A program made the translations under genes and the position numbers. From Octopus sinensis (Eukaryota), in assembly GCF_006345805.1 (NCBI RefSeq), contig NC_043009.1, positions 9,796,001-9,860,000 of the forward strand: 64,000 nucleotides of DNA, given 5' to 3'. This document shows, in pieces, positions 1 to 11,366 of the stretch. The notes under the pieces are model-generated. The model searched no databases. It was not told where the DNA came from and saw nothing but the letters and a program-made list of their open reading frames with translations. Position 1 is the stretch's first letter. Every line of letters starts with the position of its first letter.

Positions 1-220
1 CATTTTAAGTGCAATGTGTGATTGGTTGAGTAGTGGGTATAATATATCTGTAGATAGCTGCAATGATTAATGTGAATTGTTTTAGATGGTTAATAGCAAA
101 GAGACTAAGAGTCAAAGTAAGATTATCAAAAGTAAACTAATGCTTAATTTGACTAAATTAATAAATGGTAAAATGGCAAAATCATTAAAGCATTGAATGA
201 AATGCCTTGTAGCATTTATT

Positions 221-312
221 CTAGTCTCTTGTGTTCTGAATACAAAACTCTGTCAAGGTTGATTTTGATTTTGATTCTTCTGGGAGTTGATAAATAAAAT
301 TGACATCTGAGG
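221..312 (-). CDS. SYNJ1: Probable terminal exon: ASDVNFIYQLPEESKSKSTLTEFCIQNTRD*
   Basis: Acceptor ttttttttatcag, phase-1 entry, TAG followed immediately by AATAAA and AT-rich sequence. Confidence 0.55.
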
Positions 313-696
313 CTGATAAAAAAAATGTGTGGTACCTTAGGAATCTATTAAGGTACCACATGATACCTTCCAGCATCTCTTTGTGTTCTGAGTTCAAATC
401 CTGCTTTGGTCTATTTGGGTAGTAAATCTCATCGGTCATCCACTTGAGCCCTATTTGTTTTATAAGTTTTAGTCAGGTGGGAAGGTAGTGCCCATGATCC
501 ATTACAGGACCCCTGAAGCTGGTGGGTGGAGGAGAAACGTACAAAGGCATCCTCAAACTGGAAGCCTGTTCCAAATGCTTAACATTAAAGGCAAGGTGGT
601 ATTAAACTAGGTTGACAGGTTAAGTCTATCATCCAAGGTCCTTGGGTCCCTTTAGAGGGGTTCAAATTTGCTGAAAGCATTTATATATATCACCGA

Positions 697-960
697 ATGT
701 GGTTGATGCCAGCACCCCTTCCCACAAAAGCAGCTCACGACATTTGTGCTGTGCATGGAGAGGGTACCATAGCTGAAAGAACAGCTCACGATTGGTGTGC
801 CAAGTTCAAAAATGGAAATTGTGACCCCAAAGAAGTACTTCGTTTTGGCCATCCAGTTGAGTTTGATGAAGAGCAATTAAGCCAACTTTTGCATGAAAAT
901 TCTCGTCAAACGACAAAGGAACTGGCACAGAAAATGGAATGCTTCCACACTGCTGCCAGT
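697..960 (+). pseudogene. Mariner (Mos1/SETMAR-like) transposase N-terminal HTH fragment
   Basis: AAHDICAVHGEGTIAERTA..W..KFKNGN...GHPVEFDEEQL...ENSRQTTKELA. Confidence 0.85.
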
Positions 961-1898
961 GGCACATAAAAATGTGTGTCTTTGTCTATACATTGCATGG
1001 TGATTATTATACTACAAGTGAGGTTGTTTGTTTACAGTCGTCCATGAAAAACATCTCTAGTTATGGCAAAATATTAACTTCCTTGGAATCAGATGGGGAT
1101 TCGTGACAGGAAAGGTATCTGGCTGTAGAAAACCTACTTTAACAAATTTTATCTGACCCATGCAAGCATAGAAAAGTAGATGTTAAATGATGATGAGGAT
1201 GAGGATGATGATGATGATGTAAAAATCAGATAACGTTGAATAGTGACACTTCCAAACATAGGATACAGGATATAGTTGTGTTTGTTAGAATAATTCCCAC
1301 TTAGCTCAGTAGCAGATTGTTTACTGTAATTCTAGAATCAGTGTTCTAGTTTCTGTTTCTAGAGTTGGAGGTGTTAAGTAACAAATATTTGAGGTCAGAG
1401 ATGCTGGATGAAAACATTGTGCTGAAGTTTCTAGAGCAGTGATGTGTTTAAAACCAGCAAGGAAAACAACTAAATGATTGATTTATTCAATCAATAGATA
1501 AATTAGTAGATTGTCCAACCCATGCCAGCTTGGAAAGTAGACGTTAAAGGATGCTGATGATAATGATAATGATGCATTTAGATTTCACAGTGAAAGAATC
1601 ACAAAGGCTTGTCACTCTGTCAGTTATGATGATGAATATTCCACTTGATTTTATCAACAGAGCAGCCTGCTTGTGGAATTAATGTGTAAGACATTGAGCA
1701 CACCACAGACATGCATATCCTTAACATAGTTCTCGGGGAGATTCAGCACGATACACAAAATGTGACAAGGCTGGCCCTTTGAACTACATGTACTCCATCA
1801 AAGAGGAAAGAACTGATCTCATATATTTAATTACAAAGTATTTGGCAACTGCTAAGTTTTTCTAATTACATGTCCAGTTCTAAGAATATGTGATCAGA

Positions 1899-2174
1899 AA
1901 AAGCACCATCCGAACGTGGCCGATGCCAGTGCCGTCTTGACTGGCTTCCATGCCGGAGGCACCAATCCGATTGTGGCCTGGCACCTGTACCGGTGGCATG
2001 TAAAAATCACCCACTACACTCACAGAGTGGTTGGCATTAGGAAGGGCATCTGGCTGTAGAAACACTGCCAGATCAGACTGGAGCCTGGCGCAGCCTCCTG
2101 GCTTCCCAGATCCCCGGTCGAACCGTCCAACCCATGCTAGCATGGAGAACGGACGTTAAACGATGATGATGATG
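1899..2174 (+). mobile_element. RTE-LINE 3'-end-derived repeat (most abundant repeat; (GAT)n tail)
   Basis: ggttggcattaggaagggcatc...gcatggagaacggacgttaaacgatgatgatg; more than 12 further copies, e.g. 6255-6541(+), 13683-13900(-), 16222-16322(-), 28103-28330(-), 50248-50575(-). Confidence 0.85.
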
Positions 2175-2686
2175 AATGTTGCAGTAAAGAATCTCCAGAT
2201 GGATTCTTCAAGCTGAGCCATCTGGCAGGAGATTCAGGAGTAGATTAAGAATGAGGTGATTGGATAATGTCCATGTAGGCCATTGTGGGATTTGAATTCA
2301 GAATACAAAGAGCTGGGCTGGAACAAATACCACAAGGCATCCAGTCTGACATCCTTACAGTTCCACCAAACCACCATTTTGGCTTACTTCTTTTTTTTTC
2401 TTTATTGACTTCAGAAGAATAAAAGACAAAAATAAACCTCGATGGGAATTAAACTCAAAGCACAAAGAATGTGATGTTCTGAAGACTCTGCCAATTTGGC
2501 ATCTAAACTGGTAAATAATTCAATTAATATAGAAATTAAACATGAAAAAAACAAAAAACAAAAAAAGCAGAATTAGATAAAGTAAAATGTAGTGAGGACA
2601 AAATAATGTTTTGATTAATTGAAATTATAATGAAAATAAAATAAACCCCATTAGTGTTAATGACAATTGTAGATGAAGTACAAGCA

Positions 2687-3062
2687 TAGCTGTGTGGTTA
2701 AGAAGCTTGTTTTACAACCATGTGGTTTTGGGTTCAGTCCCACTGCAGTACCAGACCAACCAATGTCTTGTGAGTGAATTTAGTAGATGAAAACTGTGGA
2801 AACCTGTTGTGTGTGTGTGTGTGTGTGTGTTTGTATTTGGCTGTCACCACTGCCGCCATCACCGCCACCACCACGACCACCACATTATAACCAGTGTTAG
2901 TTAGTTTATGTCCCTGTAACTTAGCAGTTAGCAAAAGAGACTGATAGAATATGTACCAGACTTAGAAGACAAAATATGGGATAGAATTAGTCGACTAAAA
3001 CCTCTTTTGGTACTACTCTTGGATGGTTGCTGTCCAATGACTGAAACATGTAAAAGATAAAA
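2687..3062 (+). mobile_element. tRNA-derived CORE-type SINE with internal (TA/TG)n (octopus OR-like)
   Basis: tRNA-like head gtggttaagaagcttg..ggttcagtcccactgc, internal microsatellite, tail gactgaaacaagtaaaaga; many copies. Confidence 0.75.
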
Positions 3063-3287
3063 GGTGAAAAACAAGAAAAGCAAAGTCAAGAATTCCAACA
3101 TTTAAAGACATGCAATAAGGAATGAGTCTGATCTTTGATAAAAATGGTGGCAACTGTGGATATGTTTTGACATTAATAGACCTCCTCAGTGAAGTCTAAC
3201 ATGTTTCCACAACACCAGAGAATAATTTGAAGAGGATATAGTTTTTGTGTGAAAATGATTATTTACTGATGAAGCAATTTAGATTTC

Positions 3288-3573
3288 TGTTGTGTCTGGG
3301 GAGAGTCATTTCCTTTTTGTGCCTTATAATCTAACACACTCACCGGTAAAATTTCCACTTATTTCTTATTTTTATTTTCCTAAAATTTTCGTTGCGTCTT
3401 GCAACCTTTTCAATAGTCTTGACTACAAATGGACAGAGTCAAGACTATTGAAAAGGTTGCAAGACGCAACGAAAACTTTAGGAAAATAAAAATAAGAAAT
3501 AAGTGGAAATTTTACCGGTGAGTGTGTTAGATTATAAGGCACAAAAAGGAAATGACTCTCCCCAGACACAACA
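3288..3573. repeat. Near-perfect palindrome (137-bp arms, 12-nt spacer) of a Penelope-like repeat
   Basis: 3288-3424 is the reverse complement of 3437-3573 with one mismatch seen. Confidence 0.95.
3380..3416 (-). ncRNA. Minimal type I hammerhead-like motif, U3-A8 variant (mirror copy at 3445-3481 +)
   Basis: CUA-UUGAAAA-G-GUUGC aagac GCAAC-GAA-AAUU-U-UAG. Confidence 0.5.
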
Positions 3574-3694
3574 AAATATGCTTCAAGACACGAACTCACA
3601 TAAAGAATCTTGCAAACCAAATCCAAAAACAAAATACAATTTAGAATTGACATTGGAAAATTTCTCACTTTTGTTACACTTTCTACTTCTCCCC

Positions 3695-3723
3695 TTATTT
3701 GAAGGATGCACACCAAATATGAA
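3695..3723 (-). CDS. SYNJ1: Candidate alternative terminal exon: VHIWCASFK*
   Basis: Acceptor ataatttttcag 76 nt downstream of the previous donor, phase-1 compatible; speculative. Confidence 0.22.
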
Positions 3724-3799
3724 CTGAAAAATTATTTACTTTCATCAAAGAAAACAGCAATAACTATGAAACTAAAAAAGCAAACAACTCTGTACCAAC

Positions 3800-3914
3800 C
3801 TCCAGTAGTTGTGGTTTGGTTCGACATTAGATTGTTTAGCATTTTCTCAGCACTACTGGCATCAGTAGCATGACAATGGTGCTGTACGTTGACTGGGGAA
3901 CTAATACTGGAGAT
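3800..3914 (-). CDS. SYNJ1: Probable synaptojanin exon: ISSISSPVNVQHHCHATDASSAEKMLNNLMSNQTTTTG
   Basis: 115 nt, open only in phase 0, tatttttcag acceptor, G|gttggt donor. Confidence 0.6.
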
Positions 3915-4048
3915 CTGAAAAATATAAATTGAATATAAAAACAGTAGCAATTTTAGTCAGCTGTATTGAAAATATAAATCTAGAACAAACAGGAATACTG
4001 TTATAGTTGTTCCAATGTACATAGGGACTATAGAAATGATACAAGGAT

Positions 4049-4125
4049 TATGAGGGGGTGCTGGAAAGTTCCTGGCTTTGGGTAAAAGAAAATACAGGAG
4101 GATCAGAAAATTATGATTTTATTGT
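4049..4125 (+). mobile_element. Mariner-like terminal fragment
   Basis: ta-tgagggggtgctggaaagttcctggctt resembles a mariner TIR. Confidence 0.4.
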
Positions 4126-4539
4126 GCATTATACAAAAGTGAGGTGGGAAATTGGGAAATGGAGAGATGTGGAGGAAGATTTTCATCAAGAGAAGAAAAA
4201 GAAAAAGAAATCTGTGCGTGTGTGTGTAGAGGTATAAATGTAGTGGAAGTGAGAAATAATTGAACAGGAGATGTCAGTGTGAATAATGAAGCGTGAGTGG
4301 AGGTAAAAAGATTAACTGAAAGATGACGAAATGAAACACAAGAAGAAAATAGAGCAAACACAGAAACATCAAGAAATACTGAAAGGAATCAGAAAGAAAT
4401 ACTCTAATTTCTTACAAATAACAAGCTAGCTCATTAATATTACAGGCAACAATATTACAATAAAATAAAGCAAAATATAAATATAGCTTTTATCGCATTA
4501 AGAAAGTTTAAAAAAGACAAAAAAAAAAGGAACCATTAC

Positions 4540-4583
4540 CTTTGATGAAGAAATTGGAACAATGTTTTCGGTTTTGTTAGGCT
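4540..4583 (-). CDS. SYNJ1: Probable synaptojanin micro-exon: EPNKTENIVPISSSK
   Basis: 44 nt, phase 1 to 0, which exactly bridges the flanking exons; strong sites tgctttcag and AAG|gtaatg; no homology support. Confidence 0.65.
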
Positions 4584-4629
4584 CTGAAAGCATACAAGAA
4601 ATAACTCAGGTGAACATGGATACTTTTTT

Positions 4630-5030
4630 ACTCTTTTACTTGTTTCAGTTATTTGATTGCGGCCATGCTGGAGCACTGCCTTTTAGTCGAGCAAATCGAC
4701 CCCCACAGGACTTATTCTTTGTAAGCCTAGTACTTATTCTATCGATCTCTTTTGCCGAACCGCTAAGTTACGGGGGATGTAAACACACCAGCATCGGTTG
4801 TCAAGCAATGCTGGGGGGGGGGGAGGGACAAACTAATACACACACATACATATATATACATATATACGACGGGCTTCTTTCGGTTTCCGTCTACCAAATC
4901 CATTCACAAGGCTTTGGTCGGCCTGAGGCTATAGTAGAAGACACTTGCCCAAGGTGCCATGCAGTGGGACTGAACCCGGAACCATGTGGTTGGTAAGCAA
5001 GCTACTTACCACACAGCCACTCCTGTGCCT
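4630..5030 (-). mobile_element. CORE-type SINE (OR-like)
   Basis: Reverse complement of the family seen at 51040-51425. Confidence 0.85.
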
Positions 5031-6211
5031 ATAGGTAACAAAAGTTTAACAGTTATTAGTAGCAGTTCAATTACAGCCACAACATTTTCTATTTGTGCAA
5101 AGAATATTACCCAAATTGCAGGCACTAACTTTTTTTTCATGGCAATTGAGCAAGTTTATGTTTTATGAATTTTAACTAGATCACTTGTAATTTCCAGCAG
5201 AGATCTGAAACCGGAACCTTTGGGTTGCATTAATACTTCTCAACACCCATGCCTATAAGGGCACCGAAGCAGCAAATGTCTTATGAATTTTAATGTGTAT
5301 TTTCTTAATCTGACGTAGACCAAAAGTAGTTTACGAGGAATCACTGTCATCATCATCATCGTCAATGTCATCATTGTCACTGCTGTCACCATCATCATCA
5401 ATGCTATCATCATCATTTTCATCATCATTTAATATCCATCCATCTTCTATGCTGGCATGGATTGGATTCTACCTTCTTGTTATTTCTATCTTGATTCGTC
5501 AAGTAGGATTATCTACTACACTGGTTACAAATGGCTTAAACCTGAAGATTCACCAGAAACTGAGGTAACGAAAGCAATTATGTCATCAACAAGTTGTTTT
5601 AACCATCTAAAAACATAAAAAATAAGACTATTAAATTCACTTTTCATTTCTGAAGGAGTCAAAATTTTCATTGCATACCTGTGACCTGCTTACTGACACT
5701 TCTCCATTACCAGATCAAAATTACTTGCTCAACAAATCAAATGAAGAACTAAGAAGCCCTAGTTATTTAAAGAAGAGCAAAAAAGAAAACATGGTATTTT
5801 GTGCCCATCTTAAAAGAGTTAGCATTACGAATGAATGGATTAGGGCAGCAAGCTAGCAGAACTATTAGCGTGCTGGGCAAAATGCTTAGCAGCATTCCAT
5901 CTGTCTTCAGTCTCTGAGTTCAAATTCTGCTAGAGCTGACTTTTGGGGTCAATAAAATAAGGAGTAGATGAACTATGGGGTCAATGTAATCAACTTAGCA
6001 CGTCCCCTGAATTGTTGGCATTTGGCCAAAATTTGTAACCAGTATGAATGAATGGATTCTTTCAGAAATTGAAAGCTGGCAGGTAACCATGTGGTTTCAG
6101 GTACAGTCCTGCTATGTAGCACATTGGGCAAGTGCCTTCTTCAATAACCTTGGGTCAAGTAATGCCTTTGATTGAATTTGGAAGACTGAAATTATATAGA
6201 AAGTCATCTTA

Positions 6212-6257
<46 letters not shown>

Positions 6258-6715
6258 TGTTACCAGCATCACCTTACTGGCACCTGTGCTGGTGGCACGT
6301 GTAAAAGATTCGAGCGAGGTTGTTGCCAGTGCCGCCTGACTGGCCCCGTGCCGTTGGCACGTAAAAGCAACCACTACACTCTTGGAGTGGTTGGCGTTAG
6401 AAAGGGCATCCAGCTGTAGAAACTCTGCCAGATCAAGAGTGAAGCCTGGTGCAACCATCTGGTTTGCTAGTCCTCAGTCAAACCGTCCAACCCATGCTAG
6501 CATGGAAAGTGGATGTTAAACGATGATGATGATAATGATGATATATATATATATAATCATTGTTTAATGTCTGCCTTCCATGTAGGCAACAGTCAGATGG
6601 TTTGACAGGAGCCAGCCAGGTAGAAGACCACCCCAGACTACTGTGTCTGTTTTGGCAAGGTTTTTATGACTGAATACCCTTCCTAACACCAACCACTCCA
6701 CAAATTATATATATA

Positions 6716-6746
<31 letters not shown>

Positions 6747-7140
6747 CATATATATATGTGTGTATATATATATATATACATATATATGTGTGTGTGTATG
6801 TATATATATATATGGATATGCCCTGATGTTACATGAACCAGTCTTCCTACCTCAGTGTAAAAACAGGCCATATGCCCCAAGTATAAGCTCAGAAAAAGAG
6901 AGGAGCAGGTGTACATAAACCAGCAAGAGGCAAGGGGAGACTACTGCTGTATCTTTCCAAGAAAAAACATGAAGTTCAGACTTTTCTACAGAGGCCCATG
7001 ATTGCTGATGTTAATTTATCCTTTTGGGGGTCGATAAATTAAGTACCAGTTGTGTACTGGGTTTGATGTAATCAACTATTCCCCTCCTCTAAAATTTCAG
7101 GCCTTGTGCTTATAGTAGAAAGGATTATAATTATTATTTT

Positions 7141-7575
7141 AAGGCAGTGAGCTGGCAGAGTCATTAGCACTCCGGGTAAAATGTTTAGCAGCAATTTCAT
7201 CCATCTTTACGTTCTGAGTTCAAATTCCACTGGGGTTGACTTTGCCTTCCATCCTTTTGGGGTCAATAAATTAAGTACCAGTGAAACACTGGGGTTGATG
7301 TAATCGATTAGCTCCGTCCCCCAAAATGTCAGGCCTTGCTTTATTATTTATTTCTTTATTGCCCACAGGGGGCTAAACATAGAAGGGACAAACAAGGACA
7401 GACAAAAGGATTAAATCAATTACATCAACCCCAGTGCGTAACTGGTACTTAATTTATCGACCCCGAAAGGATGAAAAGCAAAGTCGACCTTGGCGTATTT
7501 TGAACTCAGAACGTAACAGCAGACGAAACACCACTAAACATTTTGCCAGGCGTGCTAACGATTCTGCCAGCTCGC
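7141..7575. mobile_element. Two tail-to-tail tRNA-derived SINEs (OK-like): 7141-7340(+), 7350-7575(-)
   Basis: gagctggcaga..gttctgagttcaaatt..gactttgcctttcatcc..gataaattaagtaccag. Confidence 0.8.
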
Positions 7576-7596
7576 CACATTGCTTTATTATTATCA

Positions 7597-7631
<35 letters not shown>

Positions 7632-7685
7632 AGTAGTAGTAGTAGCAGCAGTAACAGCCACAGTAGTATAGTAGCAGAAGTTTAC

Positions 7686-7761
7686 CTTTTGGTTTAGGTT
7701 TAAATGGTCCGGAGCTGGGTCTTGGTGGTGGTTTGCCTGGTCTTTGTGGAGGAGCTCTTTT
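7686..7761 (-). CDS. SYNJ1: Synaptojanin exon (proline-rich): KRAPPQRPGKPPPRPSSGPFKPKPK
   Basis: 76 nt, phase 0 to 1, AAG|gtaaac donor; resembles the SH3-binding PPQRPPPP region. Confidence 0.82.
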
Positions 7762-7849
7762 CTGTTTAAAACACAAAAAAGCATCTTCATGAGTACATGT
7801 TTAGAACTGCCAAACACCTCTTCAGCTTTTATATATATGTATATATATA

Positions 7850-8222
7850 TAGGGAGAGTTTACGTAAAAAACAAAAGACGAAGACAGGTGGTGTACAAAA
7901 CAAACAGATGTATTAGCATAATGCTCAGGAATGTAAAAAGTCTTTTACGTTTCGAGCCTATGCTCTTCTACTGAAAGGGACACAGAAAAAACAAGGAGAG
8001 AAACTATATTTATATAGTTACTCCAAATATGAACAAAGAGAAAGCACAACAATGCGAGGATGTGGAAGAAGTACAGTGTTATTGGACACTCAGGAAAGGA
8101 AAGAAAGAAGGAGGATTAAACGTTTCGAGCGGAGCTCTTCGTCAGAAACATAGAAAAAGGAATGGTCCAAGGAAGGGAAGACAGAGGAAGAAAATCACCA
8201 ATGATACACATGTGGTCATATA
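7850..8222 (-). mobile_element. Two adjacent Penelope-like terminal-repeat fragments (7850-8003, 8010-8222)
   Basis: Each carries a hammerhead-like core; related copies at 28770-28961(+) and 15984-16190(-). Confidence 0.65.
8115..8149 (-). ncRNA. Minimal type I hammerhead-like motif, canonical C3-G8 core
   Basis: guuu-CUGACGA-A-GAGC ucc GCUC-GAA-ACGU-U; weak helix I in this copy. Confidence 0.6.
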
Positions 8223-8253
8223 AATATATATATATTTTTATATATATATATAT

Positions 8254-8296
<43 letters not shown>

Positions 8297-8639
8297 TCAT
8301 TGTCATCATTTAATGCCTGCTTTCTGACTCTTATTTCTAGCAATGCTGGTGCTGACTTGCACCGTTAATCACTTTAGTGACGATTGTACTTGTGTCTTTT
8401 GATTGTAAATTGCAAATAGCCACTTTAATAATTTATGAGTGGCTGTGTGGTAAGAAGCTTGCTTTCCAATCACATGGTTCCAGGTTCAGTCCCACTGCAT
8501 GGTACCTTGGGTAAGTGTCTTCAACTATAGCCTTGGGCAGACCAAAGCCTTGTAAGTGGATTTGGTAGATGGAAACTGAAAGAAGTTTGTCGTATATATA
8601 TGTATTTGTGTGTCTGTGTTTGTCCCCCAAATAGCACAG

Positions 8640-8897
8640 CTCCCATGACTTTTGGAAACATTTTTTCATGCTAAGAGTTGCTGAAGCATGGAAAAGACTG
8701 CCGGCATCAGTTGTTAGTTGTCGGAGCAGTTTTATCCTTCAAAATTTCCATGCTTTCTGAGATTCGCCAACACTACACCTGATTTTCTCACTGTTCACTT
8801 CCCAGATATTTGTACATAACTGCATATGCTTTATATGCACTTTTGACTAGTTGTGGTGCACCTGAGCACTGCATACAATAATTTCATTATTATTATT
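8640..8897 (+). mobile_element. CR1-like LINE 3' end with (ATT)n tail
   Basis: HFFMLRVAEAWKRLPASVVSC..SFK..* followed by UTR and attattatt. Confidence 0.75.
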
Positions 8898-9378
8898 GAG
8901 TGAGAGAGCAGTTCATGCCATCAAAGAGACACTGGGATAAAATATACGAAGCCCAATATACCCATCATGACTACTCGTCTGATAAGGGTACATCAGGCAC
9001 ATGCATCACAACCATATGTGCGCGACATGGTGATCTCATATCAAGATAAACAGCACATGACCTTGCAGGTGGGGCCCAGTTAGAATTTTCTTCGGGTCAA
9101 GTAGCCCATCCCGCTCAAAAGGTCCCTGAATAAGGGTTGTTTAAGGATGTTGAAAGAACCACCCATGTTTCCAGAGGTGAATTATTCAAACCCCAAAGAA
9201 TCCCTCTCAACACATGGCTATGATGCTCCCCCACTACTTCTGCTTGTGATCAGAGATGCACATATTGTCAGCCACTAAGGGACATGCTCAACTGGTTAAG
9301 GTCAAACAACCGACAAGCAAATCTGTGGTATTGAGCAGAATATTTGCTGTAGCCCATCTTTTATACCAAGACAAAACA
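8898..9378 (+). mobile_element. ~0.5-kb repeat starting in an (ATT)n tract (same family as 52962-54140)
   Basis: gagagagca..tgccatcaaag..tagcccatcttttataccaagacaaaac. Confidence 0.75.
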
Positions 9379-9593
9379 AAGGGCATCCAGCTGTAGAAAC
9401 ACTGCCAGATCTGACTGGCCTGGTGCAGCCTTCAGGCTTCCCAGACCCCAGTTGAACCGTCCAACCCATGCTAGCATAGAAAGCGGACGCTAAACGATGA
9501 TGATGACTAATTTTTAAAAATGTGAATAAATAAGCATCTCACCTGACAGAGTAATGTGAATGCTAAAAAGTTAATAATCAAAGGTGTAATTAC

Positions 9594-9721
9594 CTGTGAA
9601 ACACCATCTGTGGCATTAGATTTACTTATTGCAATAGGAAGAGGCGGACGAGCAGGTGGATGATCAGGCCGGGTAGGTTTATCAGAAAAACTGTCATCAG
9701 ATGCTACAGGGCTGACACGAT
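9594..9721 (-). CDS. SYNJ1: Synaptojanin exon (proline-rich): DRVSPVASDDSFSDKPTRPDHPPARPPLPIAISKSNATDGVSQ
   Basis: 128 nt, phase 1 to 0, tatttcag acceptor, CAG|gtaatt donor; PxxP motifs. Confidence 0.82.
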
Positions 9722-10427
9722 CTGAAATAGAAATGAATTTTAGTATAAGTTAAGCAGAGACAACAACAAGAACAAAAAAAGAAACCTGCTAGAAATAGCA
9801 GTCAAATTTCTTCCTGATTACTCCTTACGCCTCATCCTCAAAGAAAGAAGGACACAGTGGATTATGCAATCCTAAATACATCTTTTAACTTATATCTTTT
9901 ACTTGTTTCAGTTATAAGACCGCGGACATGCTGGAGCACTGATTAAAGAACTTTTAACCAAATGAATTGACACCAGCATTTTGGTTTTTTTCTTTTTTCC
10001 AAGCCTGGTCTGTCAATCAGTGGTGGGAGGCACACACATATGATAGGCCTCTTTCAGTTTCCTACCAAATTCACTCACAGGGTTCTGGTTGGCTTGAGGC
10101 TGTAGTAGAAGACACTTGCCCAAGGTGCCAGGCAGTGGGTCTGAACCTGGAACTATGTGGTTGGGAAGGAAATTTCTTACCACACACCCATGCTTCTAGA
10201 AAATCCCAAAATAAAAAGATGAGCTGGTCAAGGCTGGAACCCTTTTGATCAGAGTTTACCCACCCTACCTACCATCTCAAAAAAAGAAGGGAACATTGGA
10301 ACATATAGTCCTAGACACAACATGTCTGGAAAGCAAGATAGAATGGGGAGTCAAGGAAAGATCCAAGCTAATGGAATGGAAATGGTAGATGGACAATTGA
10401 TGCAAGAAAGGAAGAATGTCTTCTTAC

Positions 10428-10520
10428 CAGAAGATGGTGTGCTTGACCGGGACCATGTAGGTAGGGATGGAACGGATAATATTAAGTCTTGTGGTTCTAC
10501 AACATCAAAATCAACATTTC
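10428..10520 (-). CDS. SYNJ1: Synaptojanin exon: GNVDFDVVEPQDLILSVPSLPTWSRSSTPSS
   Basis: 93 nt, phase 1 to 1, long polypyrimidine tract plus cag, gtaaga donor. Confidence 0.82.
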
Positions 10521-10629
10521 CTGGGAAAAAAAAAAAGGAAATGAAAAAAAAAACAGATTATTGATACTAAAATACATAAAAAAAACTATATACAGGTGCA
10601 GTTGTGCCGGTGAGGTAAGAAGCCTGCTA

Positions 10630-10866
10630 AGAAGGTGGTGAGCTGGCAGAAACGTTAGCACGCCGGACGAAATGCTTTGTGGTATTTTGTCCGCTGCTGT
10701 GTTCTGAGTTCAAATTTCGCTGAGGTCGACTTTGCCTTTCATCCTTTCGAAGACAATAAATTAAGTACCAGTCATTAACAGGGATCGATGTAATCGATTT
10801 AATCCCTTTGTCTGTCCTTGTTTGTCCCCTCTATGTTTAGCCCCTTGTGGGCAATAAAGAAATAAG
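10630..10866 (+). mobile_element. OK-like SINE
   Basis: Same head and core as 7141-7340. Confidence 0.8.
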
Positions 10867-11366
10867 AAGCCTGCTTTCTAACAACATGGTTCAGATCCAC
10901 TGTCTGACACCTTGGGCAAGTGTCTTCCACTATAGCCTTAAACCAACCAAGGTCATGTGGGGGGATTTGGTAGATGGAAACTGAAAGAAGCCCATCGTGT
11001 GTGTGTGTGTTTGTATGTTTCTAGGTAGATGTTTTGGGCACTGTGCAAACCTATTTTTACCTCTGGGAAGAGGTGGTCCCTATTAATCTAGCCTTTATCC
11101 TTTGCCTTGTCCAGCATAAGAGGCTCTACCAGAAACTTGTGCCCCACTGGTACAGCTCTGAGGGTCATTTAGGCATGCAAGCCACCATATCACAACAAAG
11201 ACTGGATCTTGTGGTGGTTGTATGTTAAAGGCAAAGTTCTGGTTGGTTAGCTTCTCTGGTTGTGTATAGACGATAGCGAGATACAGAGATGGCGTCGTGA
11301 AGGAGGCTGAGTGAATAAATACAGAGTTTTTTGTTTTTCTTTTTATCATGGCTTGTGAACGATTAA

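Noticed and set aside
313-439. N-terminal part of the 72-aa ORF 221-439
   Set aside because: A strong acceptor at 312/313 explains the 3' part; the upstream part has no coding support.
5240-5568. Low-complexity Met/Ser/Ile/Tyr-rich ORFs here and in many (TA)n, (CA)n and (GAT)n tracts
   Set aside because: Microsatellite and SINE translation artefacts.
5676-5700. 23-nt candidate micro-exon (EVSVSRSQ) with a CAG|gtatgc donor
   Set aside because: It has no polypyrimidine acceptor, and the 44-nt exon at 4540-4583 already bridges the phases.
11040-11310. Apparent exon-like GC-richer block with AG/GT boundaries
   Set aside because: Stops in all three frames between the sites; probably an old repeat fragment.
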